From: Blepharisma stoltei ATCC 30299
Taxonomy: Eukaryota > Protista > Ciliophora
Assembly: GCA_965603825.1 (NCBI GenBank)
Contig: CBFDEM010000028.1
Coordinates: 620,395 to 684,394, forward strand
DNA: 64,000 nucleotides
Reading direction: 5' to 3'
Shown here: in pieces, positions 35,301 to 49,300 of the stretch
Position numbering within the stretch: the stretch's first letter is position 1
Layout: every line of letters starts with the position of its first letter
The notes under the pieces: model-generated
The model's database searches: none
Told to the model about the DNA's origin: nothing
The model's input: the letters and a program-made list of their open reading frames with translations, nothing else
Made by a program: the position numbers and the translations under genes

Positions 35301-38300
35301 GTCATAAAAACTGAGCTAGAGTCAATGATCACCGTTTCAGTCAATTTTCCTACATCTTCTCTAAATATAGAGAAATAAATGTAATGCCAAGAGTTCAAAC
35401 TTAGTGTAGCTGGATTATTTACAAATGAAGAATATGAGGTCTTAAAATTTAAAGTTTGACTGCTTCCTTTATAGCTAAATCCATAATCTCTACCAACGTA
35501 AAAAATAGTATCTTCATTGGTAAAACCAGTAAAAAATATCCACAAAGAGACTCCAAAGAAATAGCTGAGCTTGTTTTCTGTAGAGACATAATCTGCAGGC
35601 TCAAAATATCATCCACGATTATTTACATAGTCAGCTCCTACAGCAGTATATTCAGATGGAAGGGTAGCAAGAGAATAGAAATCGAGGCTGATTGAAAATA
35701 CAGAGTCTTGATCGCAGCTGTTTGTTACAGAATTAGACAGAGTTCCAGCTGGGCATGACTTATAGCAAATCATTTGGTATAAAAAATAGCCTGGCTGGCA
35801 AGATGTGCAGTCGGAATAGGAAGTTGATAAACAGCTAGAACACCCTCTAGCGCACCCTGAGGTGCATGAAAACCCACCTGGGGAAGAAAACCCTGCAAGG
35901 CAAGCACATGGCGTTCCTGAAGCATTTTCTACGCATTCCGAGCATTGATCTCCAAATCCAGTGCAAATTTTACATAATGGATCCTTACAAATATTGCAGC
36001 TTTTGCCTCTTACACAACCATTATAGCAATTATTGCAGGTCACATAGTTTCCTCCTTCATTATACATAAATATATCGCATGCCCACAGGCAAGATGCATC
36101 CAATGTTATGCCACTACAAGGCATATTTGTAAAGAAATCTGTTGTTGCTTGATTTCACAATGTAAAAGCATATATAAACCCTACGAAAGAGCTCGTCTGG
36201 CTTTTTCCTAAAAGCAAGGTCTGTGAGCTGTTATCCCTGAACAGGGCATATTGAGTAGAAATTGTGTTTTTTATATCGCTATTTAAATAAAAACGGGCTT
36301 TGGCTGAGTCATCTACATATTCCATCGAGAAAGCAATATGACACCATCCAGAAAAATTTATAGGAGTAGTTACTAGTGTTGAGCTGCCTTTAAATGTTGT
36401 TAAAACTGCGTTTACTTTTAAGTTAGAACTTAAAGTAAAGGTGCCTATTTTATATATGACGTCGCCATCATCAATTGTGTAGATTCACAGTCCCATCGTA
36501 AATCACGAGCTAAGGTAAATAGGTGTTGTTGTATCTAAAAATTTTCCATTGGAAAAATAGAGGCCTCTGTTATATGCAGGAACAGGGTCTAAAGTTTCTG
36601 GGCTATTAAAAAAATAATAATTAGAATCTGACTGCGCAGTTCTAAAAATCCCGTAACTTCCTTGGAAGTCACCGTTGAACCATTGGTCAATCACTGGAGA
36701 TGTCTTACTGGCACAATCAGAATTACTGAAAAGCCCATAGGGGCATTCATTCAAGCAAACTTGATTTAGATAGACTCCACTTCCTGTGCAAGAGCTGCAC
36801 GTGAAATAATTATAATTAAGACAGCTTGTGCATAAGCTATCGCATCTTCCACAAGGATATAAATTTGTGTCACATTTACACGTTTTTGAGGAAGAATCGT
36901 AAACATAATTTTGCAAACAGGCGCACGTCGTCCCCGCTCCTGTAGCTCCAGCAACACAACTTGTGCATTCACTAGGTTGAAACCCAATTTCAGCCGCACA
37001 TAAAAGATCAACACTCATGCTACAATCTCCATTCCTCACACAACCATTTGTGCAAGAAGAGTCACAGTCAGTGCAGCTGGAAGTAGCGTTATTATAATAT
37101 TGCAAATAAGAGCAGCTGCGCAAGCATTCATTCCCAAAATCGCCACACGCAGGGCATAAACAAGTGGTTTTTATTAGTCCAGCAGCAATACTAGAGCTAA
37201 TTGCATAGTTATACAGAACCATCTCAAAAATGAAGCCATTGAAAAAGTAGTTTTCAATATTACTGCCACCTACAATAAAACTATCGCTCGGAATATCCAT
37301 AAAAAACGTATTTTGGTAGGCTATCAGGTTATTAATAGCTTGTGCTACTCCGTTTATATATAAAGAAATCTGATTAGTATGAGAAGTCCATGAAAATACG
37401 ATAATAATGTTGTATCATGCATTTAAATTAATATTGCCAGCCTCACTAATCATATTTTCAGCTGTCCCCGAAAGGTCATCATAAACTTCGTAGTTTACAT
37501 GCAATTTTCCAGTGGATAATATCTTGAAACCACTGTGCACTTGAGAGGCGTTTTCTTTTGAAAAAATGATTGAATCATTGGCTAAAGACGTAGGCCTGAC
37601 CCAGAATAGCAGACTGTGGTTATTGCCCAAAATCACTTCTTTAGAATCTGCAGAGTTTGGAGGTAGCTTAAGATATGAGTTTCCAGAAAAATAAAAGCCG
37701 GATTGATAAACTGGCTGTGGGTCATTAGGCCCTAAATAACTATCAGTTGACCCCATATAAGCTAATAACCCAGAAACATTATCTGCAAACGTATTTGCTA
37801 ATTTATTGAGCAAGTAATGAAGGACCATTGAATTTGCAGCTGTTTGCAGACAAGTGCCATCGGACTGCTTTGCATATCCCATAGGACATAGGTAAAGGCA
37901 AAGATTTTCTGGATTTAAATAATATCCCGATTTGCAGCTTGAGCAGTCTCCATTATGAGAGGACGAGCAGATTTCGCAAAATGGAAAGCAAGCACACTCA
38001 TTTGCTATAGGATCATAAATATAACCAGATAAACATTCGCAAGGAAAGTGGTTTGGCTTGGTTTTGGAAATGCAAGTCACACACCCAGTTCAGTCCTCAC
38101 AGACTTTGCATAGTAAATCATCGCATATGTTGCAGAAAACGTCATTTCTTACACAGCCAGTAGACTGGCACGAAGATCAGCACAAATTTCAAGTTGATGA
38201 TGAAGAATCGTAATAATTTGAGATAGGCTGACTTGGCAAGCAAGATGAAGAAGATAAAGGGCAAAAAGAGCAGCTGGAGCCACATGAGTAAGAAATATCA

Positions 38301-41300
38301 TATAGAGTTGGGTTTACGATAGTATTTCATATTTTTATACTGTAGACAAAGCCTGTATAAAAGCTTGAGTAGGCAGAAGAGCCTGTGTGCATTGCTGCAA
38401 TTAATATGCTGTAGTTAGAATCTAAGTCTTGGAATGGGTGCTTTATGATCTTAGGGGTGTCAAAGCTGCTATTGATATAATAAGTCACCTGACTGTATGG
38501 AAATTTATAGCTAAGTGAAAACCCTATATAGCATCAACTATCAGCATTGATAGAATTTCTGGAAGTAAATGATACTGAAGAGCTTAACATAGAATCATAA
38601 AAGCTAAGAATAATTTTAAGTCCTACTATCTTGATTGATAGATATGTCGTATAAGGGCCATCAGAACTCTGCTTAGCTAAAATGACTCCATTTTCATTTT
38701 GAGACCAAAGTCACATTGAGTATGAAAAATCTGCGGCGATAGTCAGAGATTTGGAGCTATTATCTATATTTGGAGGCAACTGCATAAAAGAATTTCCATT
38801 AAAATAATATCCTCTCTTAGAAGCTGGAATAGGATCATATGCATCATAACTAGGATAGAAATCGCTGGAAATTCCAGCCAAAACATCAATTCCACTACTA
38901 GAAGAATCATGGACTATTCCTTTTATTTGAGTTAGAGCCAATGAAAATACAAGTCCTTGACTGGCATACAATATGCAGGCTCCAGATAAATTATCAGAGG
39001 TTCCTGTTGGGCAGGAACTTACACACACAGAATTAAAAGTTAGCGAAGACGTACAGTTGCATGTGAACAAATCTGGATCCTTAACTGCATAGGTATAAGG
39101 ACATTGGCAATTGTTATCAATAAATACGAAATCCCCTTTGCATGATCCACAAGTATTTGTCCCAGTACAACTATTGCATCCAGTCATAGAGCATAAAGTG
39201 CAGTCATTTCCATTATTACAGCCATTTATGCATGCGCTGTTGCATGAATGGCATTCTGAATCATAGTATTCATTATAGGCGCAGTTAGTAGGCAAGCAGA
39301 ATGACGATGAAGGGCATACTGAGCAGCTAGGGCAACTTGAACTTGGAATCTCATTGCTTGGAATATCATATAGGCCATCGTTATAAACATGAAGCCAATA
39401 CATGTACCCAGTAAAACTTGTATATCCTCGATTATTCCAATCGAATTGAGTGCCAATATATTTGCTACCTCCTTTGTCTTGAAAAATAAAATCACTTGCA
39501 GGAGTTAGGCTATCATGAGTTAACGAAGTAGAATCCAATGTAATTAGTTGCTTAATAGTGCCATCACTGTTATGAATGGTTGAAATGAACAAAAAGTGCC
39601 ATGTGTTTATATCTAATGCTGACAAACTTTGTGCTTGAGATCATACAATAGGTCCTGTGTTGAAAACAAGCTGCTTATTGCTACCGTTATAGCTTATTCC
39701 CCAATCCCTACTCATATAGAATATAGTATCTATACTAGTGTATGCTGTAAAACAAATCCACATTGATATAGTTATATAGCTGCTGAGTTGGACACTGGTT
39801 GAAATATAGCTTTGAGGAAAGAAGCGCCAGCCTCGGTCACTTATAAAGTAAGGGGTTTTACCTGAGGCGGATGAATAGCTAGAAGGTAGGCTTGCTAATG
39901 CATAGAAATCAAGGCTTATAGACATTGGGAAATCTTTATCACAAGTTTTTGTCACTGAATTTGAAATGGTTCCTTGTGGACAAGTTGTGTAGCAAATCAT
40001 TTGATATAAGAAATAGTTCTGTGCGCAAGATGTGCAGCTTGTATACGAAGTTGACAAGCAGCTAGAACACCCAGTAAAACATTTGAGAGTGCATGAAAAG
40101 CCATCTGGAGATATATAATTTGCATTGCAAGCGCATGGGTTTCCAGAAGCATTGTCTACACAAGCAGCGCACATTCCGGACCAAAATCCACTGCAAGCAG
40201 AGCACAAAGGATCGTAACAAATATTGCATGAATATTTTCTGACGCATCCAGTATAGCAGTTATTGCAGTATAAGCAAGAGCTATCATTTTGGCTATAATA
40301 TTGATTTATATCGCAAGTTTGCAGGCATGAAATTGACAGAGCTGATCCACAAGGTCTTGAAAGTTCACTAGTCAAATCAGTTATCACAGCATTTCAGAAA
40401 GTGAAGGAGTATATAAATCCTATAAAAGTGCCAGTTGGGCTCCCTCCTAAGTATAAAGGAGAATCTCCGCTGTCTCTAAATAAATAATATTTCGCAGATT
40501 CTGCTGCTTTGAGTTGGTCATTTATATATCCATAAATTTGTGTGTAGCCATTTGAATACCCAACAGATACAAACAGATAAGTCCATCCTGAAAAAGTCTG
40601 GCTGCCCACTTGCTTTGTAAAACTATTAGTCGCTAAAGGATCTGTCAAATAAACAGAAAATCCTGCATTTGAGTTTAGCGATATCTGTCCTTGCTTGCTC
40701 AAAATCGTCCCTTCGTGTAGTGCATAAACCCATAGCCCAAGCGAAAACCCAAAATTAATATAAACATTTTGGCTTGTCATTAAATATTTCCCATTATCGA
40801 AATAAAGACCCCTACTGTAAGCAGGGATTGGGTCACCTAAGTCTGGACTATTAAAAAATTGATAAGTGGCGCCTGAAACTGAAGTCAAGAAATTATCATA
40901 ATTTCCTTTAAAGCTGCCATCAAATGTTATGTTAAATTTTGGAGATACTGAGCTTGAGCAGGGGTTAGTTAAAAAAGGGCAATAATTTAAGCATATACCA
41001 TCCACAAGATATAGACCGTCATTGCAGCTAGTGCAGTAAAAATAATAAGTTCCTCTGCAAGTTTTACAATTGACATCGCACAAGTTGCAAGCTTCATCTA
41101 TCCAAATTGCATTGATTTTGCATGTGCAAATCCCGTTAACCAAGCTTGCATTTTCCACACAATTGATACACTCTTCATCAAATGTGCTGCACGTGGAGCA
41201 TTCCTTATAAAGGCAAAGTTTGCAGGTATTGCTAGAGCGGCATCCTTGATCGCAGATATCTAAGCATGGGTCGCAAACAGTTGAATTAAGATAGGATCCA

Positions 41301-42736
41301 AATGAACACGTGTCTGGGCAAACTAACTCTGATGGACAAGTTGAACATCCGCCAACACATCCTGAGGTCTTCCATTCAGCATATTGGCGAGAACTGTCAC
41401 TAAAAAATTTAATAGCTCAGAGAAAGCCAACGAAGCTTTTTACTGAAGTGGAATATCCAATTATCAATTTCCCAGAATCAATATAGGGAGATGCATTGTC
41501 TGAAATTTTCCATGCGATAAGAGATCCATTCATATATGAAGCAACTTGAGTTTTTTGATTCCTTACTGTCCCAGTAACCGCGATATTCTGTCATTTATTT
41601 AAAGATACTTGACCACCAGAAATTGTTAACTGTGAGGTATCTTTAAGCCTCATTACAGTAAACACGGTTGAACTTGTATCAAAATACATGTTGAAATAAT
41701 TTGTTGAGCTGCTTTGGTCGTATTTCAAAGCAATTGAGCCGATTTCAGCTAAAGATGACGGATTTATCCACAAATTGACAGTAAAAAACGGAGAAATAAT
41801 TAAATTGTCATGGGTAATCTGGGACGTTAAGGTGAAATAGTATCCTCTATATATCGAAGGGATTGGGTCATTAGAGTCCCATTGAGGATAAGGATTTGCC
41901 TGACTGCCAACAGTTGCATAATTTATATAGTCAATCAATATTTGGTTTTTGAATAAAAGGGAGTAGGCCTCAAGTGAAAGTAGATTGCAGTAATTAAGCT
42001 GCAGGTCAGTTTCATAGTTTGATGGGCACGAAGGTAAGCATAAATAGTTTAAAAAATAATAGCCTGTATTGCAGCTAATGCACTCATCATAGCCTGGACC
42101 AGTACAGGCTGAACATTCAGTACTGCAGCTGTCTAAACGTCTTTGGAGAGGATAGTTCTCGTTTGGCCTCATTCAAACAGGGCATATATGGCTCAAGTTT
42201 TCGCAGTCTTCCTCTCTTACGTTACGTTTTTCAAAGCAATGAATATCTAATCCAAAATTTCATAGCTCCTCAATAGTTAAAAATCCCTTAAATCGGCTTT
42301 CAGAACTGCTTATAATGCCAATAAACCAAATTAAGAAGGGTTTCTCCTCATTGAAAATTTTTAATAAAATTCCAAAAGTAAATAGAGAGTCCTCATTCAG
42401 CATAAAGCTGCAGTTTAAATGTGAAACCGTATTTTCTTCGCCAGCAATTATTAAGGTTTTCATGTCTTTTGAGGAGCCTTTGTGCTTAAAATCTATCCCC
42501 TTGTCTTTTTCATGTAGTTCTGAACTAAAAATTATCCTTTCGCTATTAATTACTAAAGAAATTTCGCCAAATGAGCATTCAGTGCTGCTTCATAAATTGC
42601 AAAGACTATGATTGCCATGGTTTTCAGTTTCTAAAAGACAATTCATACAGTTTATGATGTCAAGGCCTTCACATTCTTGAATGCATATGCTGAGAATTTG
42701 CGGTATTTGATAGATCACTAAAAAAAGGAGAAGCAT
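29324..42736 (-). CDS. Giant polycystin-1-like receptor A (~4470 aa): SP, 8 LamG-like + furin-like Cys repeats, EGF-like stalk, REJ, GAIN/GPS, ~5 TM
   Basis: All major track ORFs from 42463 to 30277 share one frame with ATG 42736 (MLLLFLVIYQIPQILS) and TAA 29324-29326; breaks I checked are TGA. REJ motif LVVDAGDSYDPD..FLYQWSC; GPS C..W.TTGC...CSCNHLTIF; PKD1-like KNHDF..FSRLT..LLGNMYFIGLFY. Confidence 0.88.
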
Positions 42737-43353
42737 ATGAACTCTAAATTATTATATATAAATAAAATTAATTTTAATCGCCAAAAACATTAAAAAAGCA
42801 ATGCTCTCTCATCATAAATTTTTATTGTCCATTTTTGTCAACAGTTATGATCATAAAGAATTAAATTTAGTTTAGATAATAGGATTAAAACTGTTGAAAA
42901 TTAATGATTTCCTCAGCTTCGACTCAATTAATTTAAGCATCCTGCATTATGCATTAAGGACTTATTTTTTAGAGGAATTTATAATCCCAACCTTAATAAA
43001 GCTAAAACAAAAAACTTAAATTCACAATTATGCATGCATTTGATTATAATAATCTTTTGATTTTTCAAGCTATTTTATTTAGACTGAAATCTTTGAGGAT
43101 TCTTCATTTATAGCCCAATAAGGTCTTATGCCGCATTTAATAAGTAAGTAATTTTTACTCTTTAGCCATTATAGAAAGGCAAAGCAAAGGGCAAATATTA
43201 TTCTTTCTTTAATTTCTTCGAATATTACTCATGAATTGATTATTTATCGACGCCATTCGTATTATTAGAATGCAAAAATTAAATCAAATATCTATTAGAA
43301 ATTTTTTATAATATTTTTATAGCTTTAAAGATTAAAATAAATATGCTTAATAT

Positions 43354-46300
43354 TTATTGTTTATCTTTCTTTTCTACTTTCCTATTTGATATTCCAATGC
43401 TCATAACAATTATTGGTAAAAGCCAGATCACAAAGCCTTTAAACGCAATCTTGATAAATGATATTACAAATAGATTACTTCCATAGCTAACACTTGTATT
43501 GCAAATCCATAAATAAGTAACACTTAATTCAAATTGTATGGAAAATAAAATAATAGACCAACAAAAGTAGAATAGAACCCCAAATGACAAAAAATAAAAA
43601 GCGCAAAGCTTAATGCAGTTTTTCTTTTTAATCCTCTGATACAGTGTATCATCAAAAGGTGGAACTGGAGTAATAATAGATGCATAGCTCATTAAAATCC
43701 CTATAACCAACATGATTCCTGAGGAATATACCATAATCCAAAAGTCTTGGAACGAGTAGCTATTTACAACTTTTTGAAAACTGTCAATAGAATAGCCACT
43801 TTCACTATCGCTTGGCTCGGACTGATAAAATAGTCCAATAAAATACATATTCCCCAATATATTAATCATATAAGCTGTCAGCCGTGAAAAATGGGTTTGC
43901 TTTTCTTCGCTTACAAATATCGTAATTAAATCATGGTTTTTCGCAACAAAAATGAGGACTCTGAAGATCTTTCTTATAGGCTGTTCTTCTTTTACTTGGT
44001 TTTTGAAATCTTCCACATTTATTATTTCGGTAGAATCGAGTCTGACAATTGACATATCTGAGCTATCTTTTGTTTTTTCCGCAGAGCCTACAGAAACTAC
44101 AACCATTTCGGTATTATATATTGCTGATTCCTCGCTCCTCGCTGTTTCTATTTTATCATCTTTTAAGCCTGGACTGTTTTCTTGATCATCCGCGTCAAAT
44201 TTTATGATAGTGCTTCTATCTCGGCGCTTGGCTTGCATCATCATGTCGTTTTTCATCACAAAATCATCAGGCTTGCCTTGGTCAAATGCAAGAGATTTTT
44301 CTTTGCTTTTCTTTTCGGCTCAGTCCATTTTGCATGCAAAAACACTGAGAACAGCATATATGAATAACACAGCAAGACAAAAATATAAGCCAATTGCATT
44401 GGTGGACCAATCGAAGTCGCTAAAGGCGTTGACATTTATAGTTTCCCCTATATTGCTCCCACTTGCTGTTGACCACGCGTCTTCATAAAATGCAGAAAAA
44501 ATGCTTAAATGGTTGCATTTGCAGACTACGTCAGTTTCATTGAAAGAATCCAGGAAGCAGCCTGTGCTTTGCCAACGCGTGCCATTATGATCTAAAAATG
44601 TACAGTAAATAGGGTTATCTTTTTTAGATTCTTGATAGTTCTGAACCGGAATGTTTATAGTGTTATAGCTTGTGTCGTTTAAGTAGAACTCTTTATAAGT
44701 TTTCAGGTTGATCAGTCTGAAAGAAACCAACGAAAATCACGGGGCATCGGTGCTGTTATGGGTAGGATTATACACAGCCAGGATTATTCCAACATCTTCA
44801 ATGTCTTTGAAATAGTCGGAAATATTGGAGCCCAACGTAAATGAAGCTTGATTTAATGTAAATTTATGGTTAGATAAGTCTGAGGTTTTAGCTTTAGAGA
44901 CTTCTACAGAGACATCGTCATCAATAAATGTATGTGATTCCCCAGGAACCATCCCTTCTAGTAAAACTGCACTGATTTTCCTCACATTTTCATCTATAAG
45001 ATTAACTGTTGCTGTGTGATTAATAGCTTCATAATCTGACAACTTGAAATTATTATTGCAAATACCTGTAAAAATCTGCATTTGGCTGTCTTCAATTGTA
45101 AAATCTTTATTATTTTCAATCATATAGTCGGAAACTATGCTTATTTTTTCGATATTATCGTATGTATTTATATAAGGATTCAAAGTGATAATATAAAGCA
45201 TATAAAAAATGGTTGTATAGGAGTCTTCGCTATATTTATCCATCGTACCGATATAGAAATTTATTTTGTCAATAGCTATATCATAAGAACTTTGCATTTG
45301 AGTATCTATCTCTGAGTATTCATTATTAATAATATCGTCTCTATTTAAAATGAGAGATGACAGCTCAGCTACAAACTCAGGAATTGCCTGAGGGTTTAAA
45401 GTGGGTAAATTCATGTGATAATCAATATACTGGTTAATATTTGGATTTTCATTAATCGTGACATAGGAAAATTTATTGGTTTTTGATGATAAAGAGTCAT
45501 AAATATCCACAGAAACTTTGATGCTTGCTGGGGAAAACGGGAAAGTTGCGAAAATTAACGAAGAAAGGTTTTTGGCTGAAAGCACTTGATAAGTATCAGA
45601 GATATAGTAGCCAAAGGAGTACTCAAGAGGTAAATTGCTTTCTGGGTCTTCTCATTCCAATGCGCTAATTGTAAATATCGTTGACATTTCAAGGCCTGCA
45701 TCAGGTACAACCAAAATATTTCCATTGGTTGGGGGCTGGTTTACGTAGAAAGTCCACGTAAACTTAAAATTATCGTTAACATAAGCAAGCAGTGTGTAGG
45801 AAGCACCAGGAGTCAAAGAATTTTGAGATATGACCAAATAATTAGAATCTAGAGGAGTTGAATAAGCAATATCCGAAGAAGATTTTAAGGATCAATCTAT
45901 TGAAGATAGCGAGCCTTCAATGGAAATTCGATAGGTAGCATCAGAATTCGCGATACTCGGGTTTGAGTTGGATACCTCTACGATATTTACTGGAGGGACT
46001 GATTTATTGACAACTGTTATGATGATGCTTTTTTGGGAACTTTTGATGGTGCTGAGCGGATTTGTGGTGATTTTCGTGAAATTTAATGTAAAACTGTAGA
46101 CTGTGCCAAGAGTTAAAGTGTTTGCAGGGACTTTTAGAACAGAAGAGGCACGATCCTGAATTAGGCTGGAGTAATCAATAGCCGAGTTATAAATCCTGCA
46201 GCTCCATTGGAATAAAAAGTTCGAGTTATAGTCCGGGTCGTAAGAATTGCTTGAGTCAACCTCTAACTCTTGGCTTACTCCTGAATCCCCATCAGGTCTG

Positions 46301-49300
46301 CTAAAAACAATGATGGGGTCAGACGAAGCTGTTTCAACGTTAAAGCTTGCTTCTCCAGAACTGCTATAAGTCAAGTCTTTTGCGAAGACATTAAAAGTAA
46401 TCGTAGATGATGCGGGAAGGGTCTTTGGAGGAATGATCAGCAAATACTGGGAGTTTTGGGCACTCCAAAGCGTGCTTTCATCAATGCTTGATGCGTTATT
46501 GATGATTTTGCTAATACTTCAGGCTATGCTTAGGTTATCAGAAACTTGACAAGAAGTTATTGATCCAATAGAAATAGCATAAGATTTTAGCCTGTCAAAT
46601 ATGCTAGTCAATGATGTGTCAATATTTATTGTGAGTATTGGTGAGGATGTTGCGTTTATTTGCTTGCTTATCGTTAAGATACTCCCAAAATTATTTTTCA
46701 TCGAAAAAGATACATAAATAATTGCTTCAATCAAATTGTCTTTTGAAATATTAATGTCAGCATAAGAGCTGCTATATTGGGTCGAATAGGAGGATATTAC
46801 GGAATCGTAAGGGTTAGACGAGATTGTTCATTTATATGTTTCATAAGGGAGGCCTTTGATAATAATAGCACTTAATAATAGATCTTGGCATGATAATTCA
46901 AGAGTTGCAGGAGCTGTATATGTGAATTTTGGAGTTGGTAAATCTCCTTGCAAGGCTACAGGAACTGAAACTTGAAGTTTATTTTTCCCACACAATGGAC
47001 TTGAGCTTATTAATGCTCCAGGCACAAAAATTGCATTTTCTCTGCTGAATGTGTAATTTTTCCCTAGTAAAACAGTGATCGAATTAAAATCTGAGGCGAA
47101 GCTGCATGAATATCCTGAGCCGAACTTCGATAATGTAGCAGAGTCAAATGATGAACTACAGCTTCCAGGTGATAGATCTGCAGGAATATTAAAATCGAAT
47201 TGGATTCCTGAATAACTGTTTATAAATGATGCAGCAATATTGGTGCTGTCCAGATAGTTCACACACGCAATGCAGACTCCTTGGTCCATATAATAATAAC
47301 TATTGCAAATGCATTGATTCAATGCTGAGTCATATGAAGCGTTATCAATACTACAAACACATGTAGATCTCTGGGGTATAGCATTAATAGGACAATTAGT
47401 GCAGAGATCATTATAGAGACGATATCCGCTGTTGCAAACACACTTGCGCAAGCTATAGTCATATGAAGCATTGAGATCACTGCAAATGCATATATTTCCC
47501 TGAAGCACTGCACCATCCAAGCAGTTAGTGCATATTCCATTTGATAACCAATATCCGCTCTTGCAGGTGCATGGAGGCTGAACAGGGTCACAATTGTCGA
47601 TACAAGCTAAGCAGCCAGTCCAGTCGTTGCAAGAAGCGCATAATGGGTCATCACACAAATTGCAGACATCATCGTATCTTACACAGCCTTTTAGTGTGCA
47701 AGAGCTCAAGCATTGCAGCCATGAAGAAGTTGAGGAGTCATAATAGTTACTAATAGGTTCGGTTACTAAACAGTTGGGAGCATACCCCACTGGGCAAATT
47801 GTGCATCCTGAGTTGCAATTATAAGAGACGTCGTTTAAGGTAGGATTTGTGGGAACAATTCATATATTCATACTGTAAATAAATCCGGTGAAAAAGTCAG
47901 AAAATGTAGAAGATGAGGCGTACTGAGCGCCAATCAAGATAGTATAGGCAGTGTTTGAATCTAATAAGGGACTTTTAGCAGGAGCTGCCATGTCGAACTG
48001 GCTGTTTATATAAAATGTCACTTGCGTGTATGGGAAGCTATAAGAGAGAGAAAATCCTACATAATTTCAGCCTTGGCTCGAAAGTGCATGATAAGAAACA
48101 TACATTTGTTGCCCAAGCAATGATTGTGTTCTAACGTACAGATTCGATGATTTGATGCTGAGTTCAATTAAAGCTGCCGTTGGTGAGCTTTGCTTTGAAA
48201 AAATGATCTGCTTAGTGCCTGAAGTAGGAGAGTTTGGCTGAATTCATACGGAAAAAGTAGCATCTGTACCGAAATTAAGAGATGATGAACTGCTTTTCAC
48301 ATGTGGAGGCAGCTGCATCAGTGAGTTCCCGTTAAAATAGTAGCCTCTTTTATAAGCAGGAATAGGGTCATTGCTATCATAAGTAGGGTAGAAAATATCT
48401 GAATTTCCAGCTAAGACGCTGATGCTGTTAATTGAATCTGTTACAATTCCTTCAATCTTGTCCAATAATAGAGAAAATACTCATCCTTGATGGCTATCGA
48501 GATCGCAACTCATACCTTCACCATAATTCAAGGTCCCAGTTGGGCAAAAATTCACACATGCTGACTTAAATTGCAAGCCAGATGGGCAATAGCATGTAGA
48601 AGTATCTAGGGCTGAAAAAGTATAGCGACACTTGCACTCACCGTCAATAAAGAATAAATCTCCATTGCACAGCCCACAAGTAGAAGCTCCAGTGCAAGCA
48701 TCGCATCCTGCTAAGGAGCATAAGTTACAATCATTCCCATTGGCACATCCATGTGTACAACTGGCAAGGCAGCTGAAACAATATGAATCTAGATATTCAT
48801 TGTAATTGCAGTTTCTTGACGGGCAGACTAATGAAGGAGGGCATCCTGAAGTTATATATTCAGACGAAGGAAAAGGATTTTGAGCATCGCGAAAGACGTG
48901 AAAGAAATAGATAAACCCGCTAAACCCTGCAATCCCCCTAGCTGCCCACTCAGGGCAAGATCCAATATATTTCACATAATTTGTATCTGGATCAATATAG
49001 GTGTTTGCAAACGAAATAGTCTGCGAAACAGAGTTAGAGTCAATGACCAGCGTTTCTGTCAACTTTCCTGCATCTTCTCTGAAGACCGAGAAATAAATGT
49101 AGTGCCAAGAGTTATAGCTTAGCGTAACTTGGTTATCGATAAATGGAGAATATGGAGTCTTTAAAGTTAAAGTTTGGCTGCTTCCTTTAATGCTAAACCC
49201 CGAATCCCTACCTATGTAAAAAATAGTGTCTTCATTGATATACCCAGTAAAAAATATCCACAAAGAGACTCCAAAGAAATAGCTGAGCTTGTTTTCTGTA

